Shown one piece after another: positions 16,705 to 20,800 of a DNA stretch of 20,800 nt. Positions within the stretch are counted from its first letter, which is position 1. The number at the start of each line of letters is the position of its first letter. The notes under the pieces are model-generated. The model ran no database searches and had not been told where the DNA came from. It was given only the letters and a program-made list of their open reading frames with translations. A program made the translations under genes and the position numbers. Source of the DNA: Promethearchaeota archaeon (lineage in GTDB: Archaea; Asgardarchaeota; Lokiarchaeia; Sigyniarchaeales; SOKP01); contig JAHLWH010000070.1 of NCBI GenBank assembly GCA_019058015.1, forward strand, positions 1 to 20,800. The letters run 5' to 3'.

Positions 16705-17765
16705 ACTATTTTACTAAATATGACCTAATAAATAGTTTAGAAGGATGTATATCGTACATAGAATTAAATTATAACGAAGGCACGGTTGTTGTTTCTGAAT
16801 ATGGTGCGCGAGTATTAGGTATATTTCCAAAAAAGGAATGTATTAATCTTCTATGGGTTAATCCTTTAATAAAAGATCTTATTACTAAAAACGAGTGGAA
16901 TATTGGCGGTGATCGCTACTGGATTAGTCCTGAGAGGTTATTTTTCTATAAAAGTCCTGAATCGTGGGAAAGTTGGTTTTGTCCTGAAGGACTCGATCCT
17001 GCAGATTTTAAAATAACATCTTCTTCCAACACAAGTTGTCTTATAACTTCAGATATTTCTTTAACTAATCAATTAAATAAAAAAACTTATAATGGTAAAA
17101 TAAAGCGATACATTTCACTGGTTAAGGAACCAATTAGTACTGGAGTTGCCTATTGTGGGATTCAATATTTAGACGATTGTACACTTTTCGCACCCGATCT
17201 ACAAATTAACGGTTGGACTTTAACTCAGATAATATCGGGCAGTACGGAGAATCCTGGAACTGTGTTAATTCCAACTAAGAAAAATCCAAAACCTCAATCC
17301 TATTTTAGAACCATTCCAAACGACCGTATAAAAATAATGGATACATATGTGGCGTTCAAAATTGATGTTGATGACATCTATAAACTCGGAATTCGACCAG
17401 AAGATATTGATTTAAAGCGAGCAGCAAAAATTGGTTACATTTTAAAAATTCCAAATTCAGAAGATCATTTTTTTATAGTTAAGGTTTCTTTTGATATTGC
17501 TGAATCTCAAGAACAATGCTTTGATATATCCAGAGATCACCCTAATGCTGAAATTGGAGTAATTCAATCCTATAACGCTGAATCTCCAGATAAAAGTAAT
17601 CTCATGTTCGGTGAAATAGAACTACAATTAAAGCCCTTCAAAACCGTCAACCAAAAATCTCAAGGATTTGCTAAACATCAATTATTTGGATATCTTGGCA
17701 CAAAAGAAGAAATTCTAAATGTTGTTGAAAAATATCTCGGAATTATAAACCCAAAACTATTTTAA
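16701..17765 (+). CDS. Uncharacterised protein, possibly DUF6786/galactose-mutarotase-like fold
   Basis: 354-aa ORF with YGARVLG and WNIGGDRYWISPE; ATGA overlap with the upstream stop suggests translational coupling. Family assignment is tentative. Confidence 0.6.
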   Translation: MNYFTKYDLINSLEGCISYIELNYNEGTVVVSEYGARVLGIFPKKECINLLWVNPLIKDLITKNEWNIGGDRYWISPERLFFYKSPESWESWFCPEGLDPADFKITSSSNTSCLITSDISLTNQLNKKTYNGKIKRYISLVKEPISTGVAYCGIQYLDDCTLFAPDLQINGWTLTQIISGSTENPGTVLIPTKKNPKPQSYFRTIPNDRIKIMDTYVAFKIDVDDIYKLGIRPEDIDLKRAAKIGYILKIPNSEDHFFIVKVSFDIAESQEQCFDISRDHPNAEIGVIQSYNAESPDKSNLMFGEIELQLKPFKTVNQKSQGFAKHQLFGYLGTKEEILNVVEKYLGIINPKLF

Positions 17766-17820
17766 AATTATCGCTGTGAAAATTCTGAAATCTAAAATAA
17801 ATAAAAACGATTTCTTCCAT

Positions 17821-19164
17821 TTATTTAAGAAAATTAAACGCAAATAATGAATAAACTTTTATTGCGTTAATGAAATCTTCAATTTCCACATTTTCATTAA
17901 TGGCATGTGCTGTAGCAGCATTTCCAGGGCCAAAAAGAATTGTTTTTTCGCAATAATTACTATTACGATAATATTGAGCATCACTTGTTGCTGGGAATAA
18001 GAAATTTATTGGCTTTTTCTTATAGATTTTTTCAACTATATTACTAAAATCTTTTAACTTTTGAGATTCCTCCCAATTTCTCCAATAAGAAGGTTCTGAT
18101 TGAAGAAAAATGTCTAAATAAACAAAAATCTCACCCGGTTTTCCTTTAGGGCTATTATTAATTTTATAACCCAAATCATTAATTAATTTTTTTAAGGCGT
18201 TTATCACCATTTCTGAATTTTGACCTGGTAATAACCTAAAATCAATAATTGCTTCACAATGATCAGGAACGACATTCTCTTTAACTCCTCCTTTTATCAT
18301 ATTCATACTTTTAGTTGATTGTAATAAAGATTTCACGATACTTTGCAATTGTGGTTGTTCATTATAAATTCTCTTAAAAGTTTCTTCATTTGGGAACGCA
18401 GAACTTAGAAGTTTTAAAAGCGCCTTTTCCAGCATTGGAGGATCCACATCAGGAATCTCTAACTTATCTAAATTTTCAATAATTTCGGACATCATATAAA
18501 TAGCGTTTTTACCTTGAAATGCAATAGAACTATGACAAGCAATGCCATTTGTGATAATTTTTATTTGAACAATACCTTTTTCACCAAGTATAATGGCTTT
18601 AGGTAAAGGATTATACCCCGTAGCTTCTCCTACAATTACAAAATCACATTTAATTGAATTCAATTTATTTTCCACGAACCATTTTGTGCCCATTTTACCG
18701 CCAGTTTCTTCGTCCGGAACTGCATTTAGTATCAAATTACCAGTAAGTTTAATATTCAATTTCTTCAATATTTTTAAGGTAACAATCATTGCCGCTAATC
18801 CTGACTTCATATCCGTAGTTCCACGACCATACATAATCTTATTTCGCTTAATAAAACCAGAAAGAGGATCATGTTTCCAATCATCCAAAGAGGAAGGAGG
18901 GACTGTATCCATATGCCCATTATAAAGGAGATTATGACCATCAAAATTATCATTTAATGTGGCGATTAAATTAGCCCGATTATCTCCAAAAGGAAAAATC
19001 TCACTTTCAATGCCGGCTTCTTTCAAATATTTTTCAATCTCAACAGCCAAGTTCATTTCATTTCCAGGAGGATTATATGTGTTAATTTGTACCAATCGCT
19101 GTAAAAAATTAATATATTCCTCTCTATTGGACTCAATTTCATTAAGAATAGATTCTTCAGACAT
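17821..19164 (-). CDS. M20 metallopeptidase/deacylase (ArgE/DapE family)
   Basis: NGHMDTVP, YGRGTTDMKSG, PDEETGG, VGEA, AHAINE metal-ligand motifs. Confidence 0.93.
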   Translation of the reverse strand: MSEESILNEIESNREEYINFLQRLVQINTYNPPGNEMNLAVEIEKYLKEAGIESEIFPFGDNRANLIATLNDNFDGHNLLYNGHMDTVPPSSLDDWKHDPLSGFIKRNKIMYGRGTTDMKSGLAAMIVTLKILKKLNIKLTGNLILNAVPDEETGGKMGTKWFVENKLNSIKCDFVIVGEATGYNPLPKAIILGEKGIVQIKIITNGIACHSSIAFQGKNAIYMMSEIIENLDKLEIPDVDPPMLEKALLKLLSSAFPNEETFKRIYNEQPQLQSIVKSLLQSTKSMNMIKGGVKENVVPDHCEAIIDFRLLPGQNSEMVINALKKLINDLGYKINNSPKGKPGEIFVYLDIFLQSEPSYWRNWEESQKLKDFSNIVEKIYKKKPINFLFPATSDAQYYRNSNYCEKTILFGPGNAATAHAINENVEIEDFINAIKVYSLFAFNFLK

Positions 19165-19187
19165 AATAAAACCTACGTATTTTTTAT

Positions 19188-19970
19188 TTATTTTAAAATC
19201 TTAGATATAATATTACTAAAAACTTTATAAGCGTTATTCTCTTCTCTTAATTCCAAGATAGATGTTCCTATAAAATTCAATTCACTAATTTCTTCATCTT
19301 CGGGAATAAAACCTAATAGTTTTACATTTTTTTTGATAATCTTTTTCACCTCTCCCTCTAATTGTGATTTTAATCCGTCTGAAAATCTATTTCCAATAAC
19401 CCAGATATTCTTAAACTCTAACGTTAATTCATCAGTGATTTCGATAATTCTATTCATTGTATGAAAACCCATCTTACTGGGATCAGTCACAATTACCAAA
19501 TCATCCACATCTTTATCCGTTTTTCTTGCAAAATGCTCAAGTCCAGCAGGCATATCCAAAATTGTGATCGAATAGTTTTTCGAAATGTCATCTAGAATAG
19601 TCTTTAAAATTGAGTTAATATAACAATAACATCCCTCCCCCTCGCTCCTTCCCATTACCATTAAATCAAAATTGTCCTCTTCTATTAGCGAATCATAAAT
19701 TTCCGCTTCTAACATTTGATTTTTAGACATACTTGGAGGAAAAGATCTATTTGCAATTTGATGCTTTAGCTCAGTAGTAATGCCACCCACTGTATCTTTA
19801 AAAGGCACTTCTATTCCTAAAAGATCAGCAATGTTTGAATCGGGATCGGCATCAATAACCAATATCTCAAGATCGGGGTAATTAGTAATGAAATATTTTA
19901 AAAAAAGAGTTGCAAGAGTGGATTTTCCAACTCCACCTTTCCCAGAAAAACTAATTTTTTTTTTTTTCAA
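19188..19970 (-). CDS. cooC: CooC/AcsF-like nickel-insertion ATPase (TTG start)
   Basis: SGKGGVGKST deviant Walker A, IDADPDSN, GEGCYC, DMPAGLEHFAR. Confidence 0.85.
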   Translation of the reverse strand: MKKKKISFSGKGGVGKSTLATLFLKYFITNYPDLEILVIDADPDSNIADLLGIEVPFKDTVGGITTELKHQIANRSFPPSMSKNQMLEAEIYDSLIEEDNFDLMVMGRSEGEGCYCYINSILKTILDDISKNYSITILDMPAGLEHFARKTDKDVDDLVIVTDPSKMGFHTMNRIIEITDELTLEFKNIWVIGNRFSDGLKSQLEGEVKKIIKKNVKLLGFIPEDEEISELNFIGTSILELREENNAYKVFSNIISKILK

Positions 19971-20006
19971 ATTAATTTACAAATAATAATATTTATCAAA
20001 ATTATT

Positions 20007-20800
20007 TTAATCGCGCATTATAGGAACTATTTTTGACTCAAAATCCTCTCTAGTATATGGAAATTCTTCATCAGAACTTATTTGACCGGTTAATCTGAGT
20101 ACTTCTCGAGCCAATAAAAAGAACACTAAGCCAAGGGCCTTCTTACCTCTGTTGTTTGCAGGAACTGCGAGGTCTACGTATGTAAGATCATCATCAGTAT
20201 CAATGAGCGATAAGACCGGAATTCGTGCTATTTTTGCTTCAATCAGCGCTTGTTTATCTGCATGGGGATCAACAATTATTACTAATGAGACGTTTCTAAT
20301 GTAAGCTTCCATGTTTGGGTTAGTTAACGAGCCAGGAACAAATCTAACATCCTTTTCAATTACATTCGGACCTAACGCTTCTGAAAATTTTCTTATAGGC
20401 TCTTTTCCATACCGCCTCACAGAAGATATAACAATCTTGGATGGTTCAGTTTTTGTTTTTCCTTCTTCTAGAAATTTAGCAATCCATTTGGAAGCAATGT
20501 GAAGCCTTTCTTCAGTTCGGCGAATATTAAGAACGTAGAGTCCGTAATTAGTCTGTCTGTAAATAAAATCGTTACTGGCGCCAAAATGGTTGAGGTGAAT
20601 CTTTCTCAGCTTGCCAGATAATATTTTGGTCCCAATATGAATTCCACTACTTAAAAACATCTGTTTAATCTCCTCATCCATCTCTTCAATTTCTTCCTCC
20701 TCAGGCTTTTCTTCTACAGGGATAATAAATTCTTCTTCAACCTCTTCTTCCTCAATTACTTCAAAATCTTCCTTAAATTCCTCTTCGAAATCTTCTATTA
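20007..20800 (-). CDS. rps2: 30S ribosomal protein S2 (uS2); frame is open to the window edge, start may lie outside
   Basis: SGIHIGT, GLYVLNIRRTEERL, RFVPGSLTNP, VDPHADKQALIEA, VDLAVPANNRG. 39 stop-free acidic codons precede the ATG at 20681. Confidence 0.95.
   Translation of the reverse strand, partial: IEDFEEEFKEDFEVIEEEEVEEEFIIPVEEKPEEEEIEEMDEEIKQMFLSSGIHIGTKILSGKLRKIHLNHFGASNDFIYRQTNYGLYVLNIRRTEERLHIASKWIAKFLEEGKTKTEPSKIVISSVRRYGKEPIRKFSEALGPNVIEKDVRFVPGSLTNPNMEAYIRNVSLVIIVDPHADKQALIEAKIARIPVLSLIDTDDDLTYVDLAVPANNRGKKALGLVFFLLAREVLRLTGQISSDEEFPYTREDFESKIVPIMRD

Noticed and set aside
19955-19967. 13-nt homopolymer at the cooC start as a phase-variation tract
   Set aside because: Long A/T runs are common throughout this window and the frame is intact; read-level length variation would be needed.
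296-20502. Small overlapping ORFs in the track (e.g. 296-493, 3204-3419, 3465-3656, 4672-4908, 5118-5363, 5547-5888, 7857-8210, 14741-15037, 15417-15680, 15741-16094, 18593-18925, 20311-20502)
   Set aside because: Antisense or off-frame shadows of well-supported genes, with no recognisable motifs.
1-20800. CRISPR array, rRNA or IS element
   Set aside because: No regularly spaced short repeats, rRNA-like sequence or transposase motifs were seen.

Overview
AT-rich archaeal chromosomal window. The gene set, GGTGA/GGAGG ribosome-binding sites and composition suggest an Asgard (Lokiarchaeia-like) archaeon; this taxonomy is inference. It carries housekeeping genes (proteasome beta, rps8e, hypA, SRP19, tRNA-Pro, rpl7ae, rps28e, rps2), metabolic genes (alpha/beta hydrolase, GH13, SDR, MFS, U32, MptD, beta-RFAP synthase, M20, CooC-like) and a PadR-Hsp20 pair. 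Main result: the PurM/AIR-synthase-like gene at 15277-16704 looks split, but it contains a 30-nt bulge-helix-bulge (BHB, tRNA-type) intron at 15749-15778. Canonical cleavage removes an in-frame TGA and restores GFHV-TRAALRD. A degenerate intronless copy of the same gene's 5' part (12798-13301) shows the spliced sequence, and a four-repeat zinc-ribbon/putative nuclease ORF lies between the two copies. The tRNA-Pro has a BHB intron of the same length and geometry at non-canonical position 25/26. Also seen: a tandem double kink-turn over the rpl7ae ribosome-binding site, and probable ATA and ATC start codons for hypA and RFAP synthase.
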